Below, piece by piece: positions 11,903 to 24,700 of a stretch of DNA of 64,000 bases. Each line of letters opens with the position of its first letter. The first letter of the stretch is position 1. This stretch comes from Paragordius varius. Its lineage: Eukaryota; Animalia; Nematomorpha. A model generated the notes under the pieces. That model was not told where the DNA came from, did no database searches, and saw nothing but the letters and a program-made list of their open reading frames with translations. The translations under genes were made by a program, and so were the position numbers. The DNA is taken from contig OZ176055.1 of the NCBI GenBank assembly GCA_964247055.1, positions 9,486,001-9,550,000 of the forward strand, given 5' to 3'.

Positions 11903-14900
11903 TTGTCCTTTTAAATTTTACTATGCTTTTTATAAAAACTCAATTCTTTACTTTTGTGAATGCCATTATTTTTTTCTAGAGGGCGAAAGACAAGGTCTAG
12001 CAACTCAACTAACCTCGGATCTCCAATATCCTTGCACGGAATGTAATAAAGTTTTTCACCGACAAGGTATTTTTTTAACATAAAAAGTTGAATTTAAAAT
12101 TAAAAAAAACGTTTAAAAGAGGAATTTAAAAAAATTTAAGGAATATTTTTACTGTTTCTTTCTGTTTTTAACAGTTTATTTTAAGCGAATTGATTATATA
12201 ATTCTGCTATTTTTTGCATTTCTTGTATGAACGCTATTTTTGCATACTATATATATGTATATTCAACAATAATATTTAGAACGATTATTTGCACATATGT
12301 CAGCACACAGACCTTATAAATGTAACGTCCCTGGATGCGATAAAGTAAACTAATTTATTATTGCATAATCTTTTTAAAATATACCACCATTTACAATTTA
12401 AATTCGCCCACCCTTGAAAAATTCAATTTCACCCTAAGGATATATGTCTTTTTGGGATAATATAATTCGTCATTAATATGAAATATATATCTTTATGGCA
12501 TAGTTTATTATTCTCTTCTGTATTAGTTTTTATTTTCAACAAAATTTCGTTGTTTAAAAATGTATAAAATAGCTAAAGTAAAAACTGAAATTATACGGAC
12601 AAAACGTTTAAATAAAAAGACAAATACATTTTTTTAAAAGACAACCATACTTTTTTAAATTTACATTTATCTTGTAAAATAATTTATTTACAATTATAAA
12701 ATATATAATTAATTGTGTCACCAATATACATATCTATTTTATACTTTGTTGTTTAAAACAATGAGTTATATTTAAAAAAATCAAGATATAAAAAGATGTC
12801 TTTTAGTAAAAAAAATTTTTCCTTTTTATTATTTTTACTTTTGTCCGTATAATTTCAAGTTTATTAGGAAATAATTAATTTGAGAAAACGCACAATATAT
12901 TTTATGGATTTGAATCGTTCGAAGATAATTTTTTAAGAGGTAATTTGAATTATATAAAAACGCCAGTTTCGTTTTTATCATAAAAATTGTGCTTTATTTG
13001 CCTTTTATTTTTCACGTTGTAGGAGTTTAAATTGAAAAATATGTTAGCCCGCCATATTGCAACATCTCACACCTCACCAACAGGGTTAGCCGCTCTTGCT
13101 GGCCTACATGGTATATAATCAATCGTTTAGGGCAAAAAAAAAATTTTTATTTTTTTCATTTATTTATAGAAAATTTGAAAAACTTTTTTTAAAAGTTTTG
13201 TTTTACATTTATATTTATAAACTTTTTCTAAATACTTGAGAATTGGTGGTATCTGGTGAGTATTTTATTATCTTTATGTTTACTCGTTTTTTTAATTTTA
13301 AATTTAAAACCAAATTTTCCAACAAAATCAATTTTATTTATATATACCATTTACAGTTCAAATACCCTTGAACAATTCAAATTTACCCTTAAAGGAATAC
13401 TGTTTTTAAACTAATATAACTCATTATTAATATGAAATATATTATGGCATAGTTCATTATTTTTTCAGTATTATCTTAATTTAAAAAAAAAATTTTATTT
13501 TTTGAAATTTATAAAAATTAGGTAAATTTTAAAATTATAAAACATATATTTTTTTTGAGGGTGAACTTGAATTGTAAATCGTATATATAAGCTATTAAAA
13601 TTAAAATATAAGGCGTTTATATGTTAAGTAAAACGTTAACTATTATATTTTTAGATTTATGTGTATTATTAACCATTACGTGTATTATGAACTTAATATC
13701 ATAAAATCTTCATTATATTAGTATAATTTAATCATACTATGCATTTTATTGGTTCCTTATTTCACACTATAGTTGGGAATTTGCATGAAACACAACAGTA
13801 ATGTATGAAAACAAAAAAATGTAAAATAAATAATCATTTCTTTACTTTTTTCCATACACTACTGTTGTGTGAAATAAGAGCAACCAGATTAAAATGCATA
13901 TTTGTATTATAATAAGCATCATATCTATAATTGTGTAATATGTATAGGTAATGGGACCAGTTCACCCCCTTACCCCCGAATAATTCTTAAAACGAAAGCG
14001 GCATTTTACCTTAAAACGACACCCCTAACCAAAATGTCCCGTAAACTTTGTAAGAAAAATTTGAAATTGCGACATTTGGCCAGGCACCCCTTTTCACTCA
14101 TAAACACACAAGCAGTTAAACATGAATGTAAGTTTCTTTTGTAATTATGGTTAGGGTTAAATTCTAATGGCAAATATATGTACTTTTATAAACATAATAA
14201 CTAATTGGATTGGCTTTTTATAAAACGTCAGAAATTGTGATTTTTACCACTTTTTACTATTTTAGTTGTCAGAAATTACTTGGGTTAATAAAACCATTTT
14301 CACCATTATAACTTGTCACCTACAGGTATTTGAAAAATAAAAGTATAGCTTAATAGAGATTAGATTAGATTTTTATTTTTTTGCTGAAAATTTTTACACA
14401 TCTTTTTTTTCAAAGTAATTCTGGTATTAGATCATCTTGCCAGTTGTTATTATAACAACCATGATTGAATTTGTTCGTTTTTAAACTGTCGCAGATTGTT
14501 TATTTTACTTTCTATTTTTTAAAACGAAAAAAAAAACTAATATCATAAATTTTTGTGGCTTTTTTGAATGAAAACCCCTTATATACTTATTCTGAAAAAA
14601 CTACTTTTTTTTAACTTTTTTATACTTTTTATACGTAATAAAATTAATTAGGCATAAAAACGCCTTAATACTTATTTTGAAAAAACTACTTTTAAACTTT
14701 TTATACGATATAAAATTAACCAGGCATAGAGAAATTGAATGAGTTAAATGCTCATCATCAAAGTATGAATCAACGATTATACAGCAAATTATTGCAAAAT
14801 AGTGGCAGTTCCATCGTTCCAGGAACTAATATAATTCCTTCAAACACGTCTTCATCTATACACGATGCCACACTCACCCTTAATAATCGATCTAAATTGT

Positions 14901-16972
14901 TGGCTGCCAATGATCTTTTAACCAATAATAATAGTAATAGTAGGAATTATTTTAATTTTGATTTTTTTTAAAAAAATCTTCAAAAGTTTTGAAAAAATAA
15001 TTTTTTTTAATTATTTAGCTAACTAGTTTTTACTTGTTTTAGCTTCCACGTTTAAAATATAATGTGTCGTTTCTTAAACAAGAGTCATTTTAAATTTGTT
15101 ACATATATTAACGGAATTTTTTAGAATTTTATTTAGGTAGTTGGTTTTTTACTGTTGTTTGCTAATATTATATACCATTTACAGTTCAAATTCACCCTTG
15201 AACAATTCAAAGTCATCCTAAAAATAAATTATGTGTTTTCGGGCTAATATAACTCATCATTAATATATGAAATATATGTTTATGGCATAATTTATTATTT
15301 TTTCAGTATTATATTAATTTTTAACAAAATTTTATTTATTTAAAAAAAATATAAAACAATATAGGTGTAATTTTTAATTTTATAAAACACATAATTCATT
15401 TTAGGGTAAATTTCAATTGTAAATGGTATATAATGAAATTTTTGGACTAAAAATTTTAAACAATATAGGTGTAATTTTTAATCTTAAAAAACACATTATT
15501 CATTTTAGAGTGAATTTGAAATTTAAATGGTATATAATTGATTTTTTTACTAGAAATTTTAAACAATATAGGTGTAATTTTCAATTTTGAAGAATTTAAA
15601 TTTATTTTAGGGTGAATTTGAACTGTAAATGGTATATTATTAATTTTCCTACTTAAAATCCTTTGAGGACAGTTATAGTTTAAAAAAACACATTATTCAT
15701 TTTAGGGTGAATTTGAACTGTAAATGGTATATGATTAATTTTTTTACTAAAAATTTCAAACAATATTGGTGTAATTTTTAATTTTAAAAAACACATTATT
15801 CATTTTAGGGTGAATTTGAACTGTAAATGGTATATAATGAAATTTTTAGAGGACAAATATAGTTTAAAAAACACATAATTCATTTTAAGGTGAATTTGAA
15901 CTGGAAATTGTGTATACTAAAAATCAGGACACAAATATAGTTTAAAAAAAGTTCACATTATTCATTTTAGGGTAAATTTGAACTGTAAATGGTAAAATAA
16001 TATTTTTTTTACTAAAAATTTTTGGAGGACAGATAAAGTTTTAAAAAAAGTTTTATCTTTTTAGACGGAAATCAACAAGGTATGGTTGGACATGTGATTC
16101 ATCACAAACCTGGAACTGTTCACCATTTGGCTGATGGAAAGACGGATGGTCTTATTACCACAACAACCAAAGGTATAAAATATACTTACTTATAAAAAAA
16201 TTTTTCCTTCCACCTTTTAATTTTTTTTTCAATAAAATAATTGGCGTCTAACTTATTAGCTTATGATATTATCACATATTTTTCCGATTTAAATGTAAGG
16301 CTCTAGTTTTTAAAGTATATGATTGTTTAATAATAATGTGTTTTTCAGATGCCTCTAAGCCAAAAAATTTAATATTTTTCTAAAAGTTTAATATTTTAAA
16401 AAAAAATTGAACACCAATTTTTTAAATTTTATTAAAAAAACATTTTAAAATTCAGAAAAAAGGGTTATAACGCATATCATGAGTTAATTATAACGACGAT
16501 ACGGAATCCTTGTTTCAATATGATTAAACTCAATTTGTACTACTTTATGATAATTTAGGGTTGTTTTCATAAAAAAAGATATAGTATCAATGCAATTTTT
16601 ATTTTTTTGATTGATTATTTAATTAGAATCAAACAATTCACGAAAACAGGATCAACCCTTCCAATTTTTGGCGGACACTGCGGATAATTGTAAGTCCAAA
16701 ATAATTCCATTAGTTTTATATAAACTTGGTGTTTTAAGATTCAATTTTCCTTTTATTTTGCTATATATATGTTTCATAATTTTTACTTGCTCTTGATTAT
16801 AGTTAAACAACATAGCCTAAGTATCAATAATCGTAACAACAAACGAATGTTTGATGAAAACATTATTAATGCTTCGGATGAAATTACATTGGCGGAAGCT
16901 AAAAAAGCTAGAATACAGCAAGTTAATACAAATTCTACAATACCATTTTATCAAGTATATATACCATCATAA
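8338..16972 (+). CDS. MTA1: Metastasis-associated protein (MTA family, NuRD subunit): BAH, ELM2, SANT, GATA finger, two C2H2 fingers, RBBP-binding motif
   Basis: Exons about 8338-8371, 8399-8466, 8490-8583, 8609-8793, 9420-9989, 10605-10735, 11113-11177, 11490-11603, 11980-12066, 12280-12344, 13023-13110, (13241-13255?), 13948-14127, 14724-14933/14939, 16065-16172, 16627-16689, 16803-16972. Diagnostic peptides: [98 protein letters not shown]. Splice phases agree throughout. The last three exons are less certain. The symbol is family-level. Confidence 0.92.
11206..11455. mobile_element. MITE family B copy filling most of MTA intron 7
   Basis: Runs from CATTTACAATTAAAATTCACCCTTGAAC to TTTAGGGTGAAATCGAATTGTTTAAGGG and merges into (TA)n. 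Other family B copies: about 12381-12560 (partial), 13341-13586, 23061-23340, 25361-25625, 27002-27245, 60663-60700 (end only), 62128-62400, 63050-63342. Confidence 0.8.
11666..11708. repeat. (TA)n microsatellite, one of many
   Basis: Pure AT run. Similar runs at about 806, 11456, 11863, 19436, 28517, 39134, 50975, 51371, 55193, 55432-55503 (compound), 59299 and 60628. Confidence 0.95.
13733..13906. mobile_element. MITE family D (long-TIR foldback), degenerate copy in an MTA intron
   Basis: ATGCATTTTATTGGTTCCTTATTTCACACTATAG ... TTTCCATACACTACTG ... GAAATAAGAGCAACCAGATTAAAATGCAT, homologous to the intact copy at 49955-50144. Confidence 0.75.
15170..15997. repeat. MITE-B copy whose right end is tandemly amplified about 7 times (80-105-bp units)
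   Basis: One left end at 15170. The right-end motif TTTTAGGGTGAATTTGAACTGTAAATGGTATA recurs near 15405, 15508, 15610, 15704, 15808, 15887 and 15970. Confidence 0.85.
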
Positions 16973-17420
16973 TATACAGTCGTTTTAGAATAATTTTTGC
17001 TTTCATGCTAAAAAATCGCTAATTTGTAGGCAATTATAAGAGGATATTTATATAAGCCAAAAAATAATTCATTTTTTTTTTATTAGAATAGTCAATAACG
17101 AGTGTCTGATGTATTTATCTTTTATGTTTTGCGGTTGATAGTATCAGTTTTTTGTTTTTTTAAAATTTTCTGTGATATTTTTAAATTTGTAAATATTAGT
17201 GAATATTTTATTGAGTTTAATTATAGAAAAAACTAGTAATTTTTTCATTCATAATTTCAAGGTTAATTTTTGTTTTTTTATTAACTAAATGGTCATGCAG
17301 ATATAGAATCATGTATTTGTTATACGGGTTATCTATTTTTTTAATTTACTTCACATACATATTATATTATTATCGAGGAAATATTGTATATATAATCTTT
17401 TTTTGTAGAGTAAAAATAGC

Positions 17421-18089
17421 ATGAATATTCCGCAAAAAAGGATTGTGGTACTTGGGGGTACGGAGGCTCCTGATGATTTGTTTTACAAATCGAATACCCT
17501 TATCAGGTACATTTTAAATTCACAAAGAGTTTATGAGTTAAAGCCAAAATTTTTTAACGGAACAACCTAATTGGTTCATTTAATTTTGATTTTCTCTGTT
17601 ATATCGAATTAAATATATGATGCCATATGGAGCATTTTTATATAATTTTTAACCATTTTTTTTAAACGTAGGAGACAAAAACTTGGGCACTTTGTGTTAG
17701 CTCGCTTTATACAGTAAAAATTTAAATTATATACGGACAAAGCGTAAAAATGTAAACACAATTTTTTTTAAAAGACAACCATACATTTTTAAACCTTAAT
17801 TTATCTTGTAAAAACATTTAATTACAATCGTAAAATACATGATTGAATGTGTTACCAATTTGTATTTCTAGATAATACTTTGTATAAAAGAATGATATTT
17901 AAAAAAATCAAGATTATAAAAGCATGGTTGTTGTCTTTTAGAAAAATATATTTGTCTTTATATTTCCACGTTTTGTCCGTAAAATTTCAATTTTTACTGT
18001 AAAACAGTTTATCATCATGTAGATTTGGTATTGTTGTCTTTTTATACATTTGCTCGGATAGTTTTTGTCAACGATATTTGTTTGGATAA
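17421..18089 (+). CDS. Candidate small single-pass membrane protein (about 58 aa, 3 exons)
   Basis: Exons 17421-17506, 17672-17695 and 18023-18089 join in phase to give MNIPQKRIVVLGGTEAPDDLFYKSNTLIRRQKLGHFVFGIVVFLYICSDSFCQRYLFG. Splice sites are GT-AG and exon 1 is GC-enriched. No homologue recognised. Confidence 0.35.
17712..17999. mobile_element. MITE family A (Tc1/mariner-type, about 290 bp), intact copy with TA target duplication
   Basis: TA|CAGTAAAAATTTAAATTAT..ACGGACAAA ... TTTTGTCCGTAAAATTTCAATTTTTACTG|TA. Other copies: about 12576-12865, 19910-20187, 21915-22135, 22598-22855, 40563-40868, 41031-41317, 41479-41761, 42662-42878, 47706-48001, 48184-48480, 49031-49305, 54356-54637, 56520-56790, plus fragments at about 59218 and 61223. 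Confidence 0.9.
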
Positions 18090-18720
18090 AATGTTTTTTG
18101 CACGATTAAATTTATTTAAAATTATAAACGTGAATATTCTATGCATTTATTTACTCATTATTTTAAACAGTTAAAGTTTAACTTATGATCATTTAATGCG
18201 ATCATATCGACAAGGGGATTGAAATAAATATATTTTTATTCATATCCTTATTATATATATAAACCCCTAAAAAATGATTTTTTATAATATAATTTTTTAT
18301 ATGATAGAAAAATGCGCAAAAACATCAATCCGTATGTGATCAAAAAAGCTACCCGTAGTATAAAAACTCTCATTGCATTACCATAATATAATAATATCTA
18401 AAATTTATACATTGTTTTAAACATTAAAAATTTAATTTATTGTTGAATATATATTTATAATTTATACACGTATATATGTGTGAATATTAAAAAAACCATA
18501 AAAATATACATCTCATAAACGATTGATTGATATTGTCAATGAATTTAGTAGTAAAGTACTATTTTTTGATCGCAAACATACATATCATTAATGTAAACAC
18601 TGAACATACAGACATATACACATTTTACATATTTCCATGATTAAAATAAAAATCATTGATTAAAAAGAAATTTCACCAAAAAAAATTGTTTTAAAAAATG
18701 AGATTTTCAGTTCAGTTTTT

Positions 18721-21700
18721 TTATCCACTACACATTAGGCATTCATCTTTATTGTTTAGAGAGCATAGGAGTTTAGCAGCCATATCCTCGTTTGTACTTT
18801 TTGTTTGATGATTATTTTCCTTGTTCGATTCCTTATCTTCGATGTCAGTGTTAGAGGAGGCATTATTAAGATTATCGGATTCAGTTAAAGGAGCTGGTCG
18901 TTTAATCCCTTTGTTGCCAAGTTTCGTTTTATCAACCGTAAATTGTATGGCATTTGCGGCCGGTTTTGTTCGTAAATAGTACATGCCAGTTTTTAGACCC
19001 TAGAAAGTTATAAAATTGAGAAATCAATTTTATATGCTTTTTGGTTGTTGAAAAATAGAATAACCCCTACTTAATTTTAATATTACGATGAAATAAACAG
19101 GTTTCACTAGAATTAAATCATTTTCTTATCTAATTTACTATACAGCATGTACAATTGATAAGGGTTGTTATGGGGAACATTATTTTACTTTGCTGTAATA
19201 CGACCTTACTCCAATTAACCATATATAAAAAATTAGGCATGTTAACAAGCGGATGATTGATTACGTTATAAATCTTACAGAGTGTTTATTAAACATTAGT
19301 AAATATTATTTTTCAGTTTTAAATGATAATTTTTTAAAGCTTAATTTATTTTTTCATATTCCTTTAAGATTAATTAATTTTATTAAATTACTAAACGTTA
19401 CATATATTCCATATATAAAATCAAAAAAATAAATTATATATATATATATATATATAAACTTTGCTCCAGGCATAAAAATGCATGCTAGTAAGTTTTGAAT
19501 AATTTGGTTGTGCAATATGTATGTTTAATGATTGGCTTTGATCAATGTAAGGGGAACGGTCAGCAGCCATATCAATTATAACGCGTTGAGAAATTTCCCA
19601 AACCGTTTTGTACAGGGCTTTTATATCATCGGGGATGCAGTCTATCCGCTAAATTTTAAAACATAATTCGAAAAGGTAAAATATTAGAAAAAAAACTTAT
19701 AATAACGGTTAAAAAGAAAGCAAAATCAAATCATTTAACCATAAACGTTAATAAGGTATAAAATTGTATAATATGTAGAGTTAGTTCGACTCTCTTATAA
19801 CTCTAATCATAAAGTTTTGTAAAAAATTAAGTTGAAAAAAAATATATGGTTGATTTAAAACCTAATATTGCGGCTCTGTACTAAATAAAACTTTCATATT
19901 TACGAGAAACAGTAAAAACTAAAATTATACGGACAAAACGGAAAAATATATGGACAAATATTTTTTCATAAAAGACAACCATAATTTTGTAATCATGATT
20001 TATTTTAGTATAACTCATTGATTTAAATCGCAAAGTCTGAAATAGAGATATATATTTCTAACACATCCTTATTTTACAATTGTAACTCTAAATGAGAAAA
20101 ATTAAGGTTTTAAAAAGGTTGTCTTTTCGAAAAAAATATTTGTCTTTATATTTTTACGTTTTGTCCGTATAATATTATTTTTTACTGTATCTTTTTAAAA
20201 TTTTACAATTATTAGTTAAAAAAACTGTAAACCTGAACAGAACCTAGATTAGCTATGAGTTGATTTTTGATTTCATCGCTCCAAAGGCCCAAATCAGTTA
20301 AATCTTTCAACAAATGATGATTCACAATCTTAAAATATGTTGACAAGAAAAAAATTAAAATTTATATTAAACTTAAAAATTAAATAATATTTTTTACAAT
20401 AGGGAAATAATATTTTTGATGCTTGATCTTTTCAATATAAGCTATTAAATAAGTAATACAGATGAAGTGGTAAGGAACACATCATTGTTAAATCAAAAAC
20501 TTTAAAAAATTAAATTTTAATATATCTTTACAAAAAAAATCTTTTATTGATTTTTTTGTATTTCAATCGTTGTTTAAGTATAAAATGCAGCATTTTTACA
20601 CAAACAACATATTTTCATCAACTTACCTTCACAAGTGTATTTTTTAAAAACGTTTTATTAGACAAGCTTAATTGATTGATTCAAAAAATATTCTTGGAAT
20701 CAAAAAAGGACATACTTGAAATTCACCACTCAAAACTCGACGGGTGTAAATGTTAGTTGTGTAAGGTTCAATACTTTCATTATTTCCCAAAATTTGAGCA
20801 GTTGAAGCCGTAGGCATGGGGGCAATGAGAAGGGAATTACGAATTCCATACTTTACAATTTTAGCCTTCAGTTCATCCCAATTCCAATATTCGGTATTTT
20901 CTGGTTTCACGTTCCACATGTCATACTGAAGGATCTTTTATTGATTAAGAAAAAAAAATGTTATTAAAAGTTAAAATGCAAAAAATAGGGGAAGACGTAA
21001 CTAGGATCTGTTTTATAACGGATTTCATGTATATTTCACGGTTTTATTATTTGAAAATTTAAAAATTTAGAGTTGTTAAATGTTAAGTTACCTCAACCAT
21101 ATGTTTCAGAACTTGGAAAAAGCTGTAAAAATATATTTTTTATGGAAAAAGATGAAATTTTAGTAAGTAGACTGTAGTATGGAAAATAATTTTAGATTAT
21201 TACTTTTTGTGTTTTATATACCACATGCAAATAATTAAAGCGAAAATAAGTTTAATTTAAAAACAGTCACGTTTTTTGTTCAATATACTTTTCTTAAACT
21301 CAAACTCCAAAAAACCTAAAACCATACCCCCTTGGAAACTGGACTCCCTTGGTATGAACTATAAGTTTCACCCAACTGTTGTGCCAATTCACACGATGCC
21401 TCAAGTGCCGAATGGTAAATGCATTGAAATATTTTGATGTTTAGTTCCTTGGCCTGGGTGCTATCGAATGGGAATCGCATTTTAATGAAGGCGTCAGCTA
21501 AACCCTGAACCCCAATCCCAAGGGGTCTATGTCGTTTATTGGATCTTTCGGCCTGTCGTTTATAAAGAATTGAGAAATTAGTTATTAAGGACAAATTAAA
21601 ACTATTGGTGACCAAAAAATTATAAGATAAGTTTTATATAAAAATGATATATAAAAAGGAAAAAGGTACCTATTAGAGAGGAGGGCGCAATAATCTTAAA

Positions 21701-24700
21701 TAATCAAATAATAAAACTATTGGTGACCAAAAAATTTAGATAAGTTTAGATAAAAATGATAACTAAAATGGAAAAATGCAAAAAACTATTAATAGAGGAT
21801 ACCGTGATAATTTAAATAATCAAATAATATAGATGATTGATTTTTTTCAAAAACTAAACAAAATTTAAAACTAAATTAATTGAAAAAACATTAATGATTC
21901 GATTTATACAGACAAAACTGAACAAAAATACGTAAAAACAACTACATTTTTATAATGATATATTTTTAATATAAATCATTGTTTTGAGCAAAATGGGGAT
22001 TAAAGATATAAATTGGTAATACACTCATTAATATAATTAAAATTGTCATTATATCATTTATTTAGGTAAAATCATGGTTTTAAAGAGTGTGATTTTATTT
22101 TTTTACAATTTTTGCCCGTATAATTTCAATTTTTAGCATAGCTACTTAATAAAACATCAAGTAATCAATCAAATGGTTTCATCATTATTAAAGTATGCCC
22201 ATTCAATCAAATTCACTACGCTTTTTCTTTTTTTCATTTGTGCTTTATTCTTACCACAGTAAAATGCCATAATATTGGTTATATCAGTCATTTATTAGGT
22301 TTTATAGAGTAATAAATTCATTTTTTGTACTAACAAATAAAATTCTCCATCAGATCAATAATTTGATAATTTCTTTCCAAAATAACCCATTTTTAAAAAG
22401 ATAATTATTTCGTAAAAATAAGTAATTACCTCAGGAACGGGATAAAAATTGACATCAATTATGGTGTCCAAATTTTTGGTGACATGTTTCGTAACTTCTT
22501 GTAGTTTAGGAAAATTAAAGAAAGGTTTTTGAGTTTGGGTATCCAGTTCAACGTATTGATTCAAAGCCAGAGAAGCCAAATTACATACAGCGACCTACAG
22601 ATAAAACGAAAAAAAAATACTAAAGGACAATTATTTTTTTAAAAGACAACCATAATTTCTTAAAAGCCTGATTTTTTGCAATTTTATATAATTTTTTGGG
22701 TTAAAAAATAGGAATAGCGATAAATTGGTAGCTAATTCAATTATATTAGTTCAAAATTGTATTATATATAGGAAATCAAGGATCGAAATTGAATTTATAT
22801 AAGTGTTTTTTAATTTTTTTTAATGTTTTCATCCGTATATATTCAATTTTTACTGTAAAAGCTATAACAAATACCTCATCAGGTGAAGAGTATTCAACTA
22901 TTTCGGTACAAAGATTTGAACATTTGATAGTGCCTAAATAATAATAATAAAAAATTTTTCATTTGTGGAAATAAATAATAATTGTTTCGTGTATAGATAA
23001 GAACGAAATATGTTTTATCAGAGCGGAGCGCATAATATATAGATAAAGCTGGTGTATAATATACCATTTAAAATTAAAATTCACCTATAAACAATCCGAT
23101 TTCACCCTTGACCACAAATTGACCCTCGAACAATGCAAAATCACCCAAATAAAATATATGTTTTTTAAGATTAAAAATAAACTTGGTTAAAATTTAATAA
23201 TACTGTAAAAATAATAAACTATGCCATAAAAATATATTTCATATTAATAATGAGTTATATTAGTTCAAAAACATATAATCAATTTTTAGGGTGAATTTGA
23301 ATTGTTAGAGGGTGAATTAGCATTGTTCAAGGGTAACAGTAAAAAAATTATATATCATTGGTTGGTTTTAATAATCCTTTTTTGTTGTATCGAAAGTAAT
23401 ACAAAGTATAAGACCAAAAAGCACCAAAAGAAAATATTAAATCTTGCATACTATTATAAAAAATTTTATCCAAACACCAATTAAAAACCTCTATAACAAT
23501 AAACAGTTTCTAATGTTTTTTTTAATCCATATATATATATTTACAAAATATATATATGTATATACCAATATTTTGTTGATTTGATTTAGCATTACACGCA
23601 TCTTTATAAAGCATATAAGGCGTCCCCGTTTCAGTTTGACTTTCCATTATGGCATACCATAACTCTTGAGCTTTCACTACACGTTTACGTCTACCTTCAT
23701 TTTCATACCTGAATCGTAGAATAAAATTTCATATTTTTCAATAAAGTTTAATAAGCTAGTTAACTTATTAAATCAAAGCTTTAATAAAACAACCCTTATT
23801 ACGTACAAACATTATGCATATATATATTATTCATAAGGTAAAAAATTTAACCTATATAGGATAAAATATATAGCGATTAATATTTTATATTGGGTAATTG
23901 TTGCTACTACAGCCAAAATATAATAAAAGCCAATTTTTTTTAATAAAATAAATGCTTTACATTATTTAAATATTATTATACCTTACAAAGATTGATAATA
24001 TAAATTATAAATTCACTCCCATCATCAGAGCGTATATTTTATGCTTGTAATAATTTAAACTCAGTCTAAATTACTCTTCACCAAAAAATCATACTCTTAA
24101 AAAGAGTTTTCAAATTTTTAGTAAAAATATGACAAAATTCTATTCAAAAAAATTACTTCTAACAAATGTTACACACCCCCCCAAAAAAAGTATTAAAATG
24201 TTTGACAAATATTTTCATTACATTAGTGAATATATAAAAATCACTTTTAAACTCTGCCTAAAATGACTAAAAACCAACTCCTAAGAAAAGTTTTTTTACA
24301 TAAAAACAAAGCACCTAATATATTAACACAAAAAACTAGCCCCTACCCCAAAAAAAGAGTTTTTTTAGTAAAAACTAAAAATATAAAAAGGAGGTAACCG
24401 AATATATAGCTCTTCAAAAGCCTGACCCCATACATCAGCAAGTCCAGGACTTTCCTGTGGACACATTAAACTCCAATCGCCATCTTCTTTAACGCGACGC
24501 ATAAATAGGTCTGGAATCCATAAAGCATAAAACAGGTCACGTGCTCTTTGTTCCTCTTTCCCAGTGTTCTTTTTGCATGACAAGAAATCAAAAACATCGG
24601 CATGCCATGGCTCTAAATATATGGCAAAAGCTCCTGGACGCTAAATTAATTGACGCATATATGTGTTAGAAATTGCAAATTTTTTTTATGGATTTTTCAA

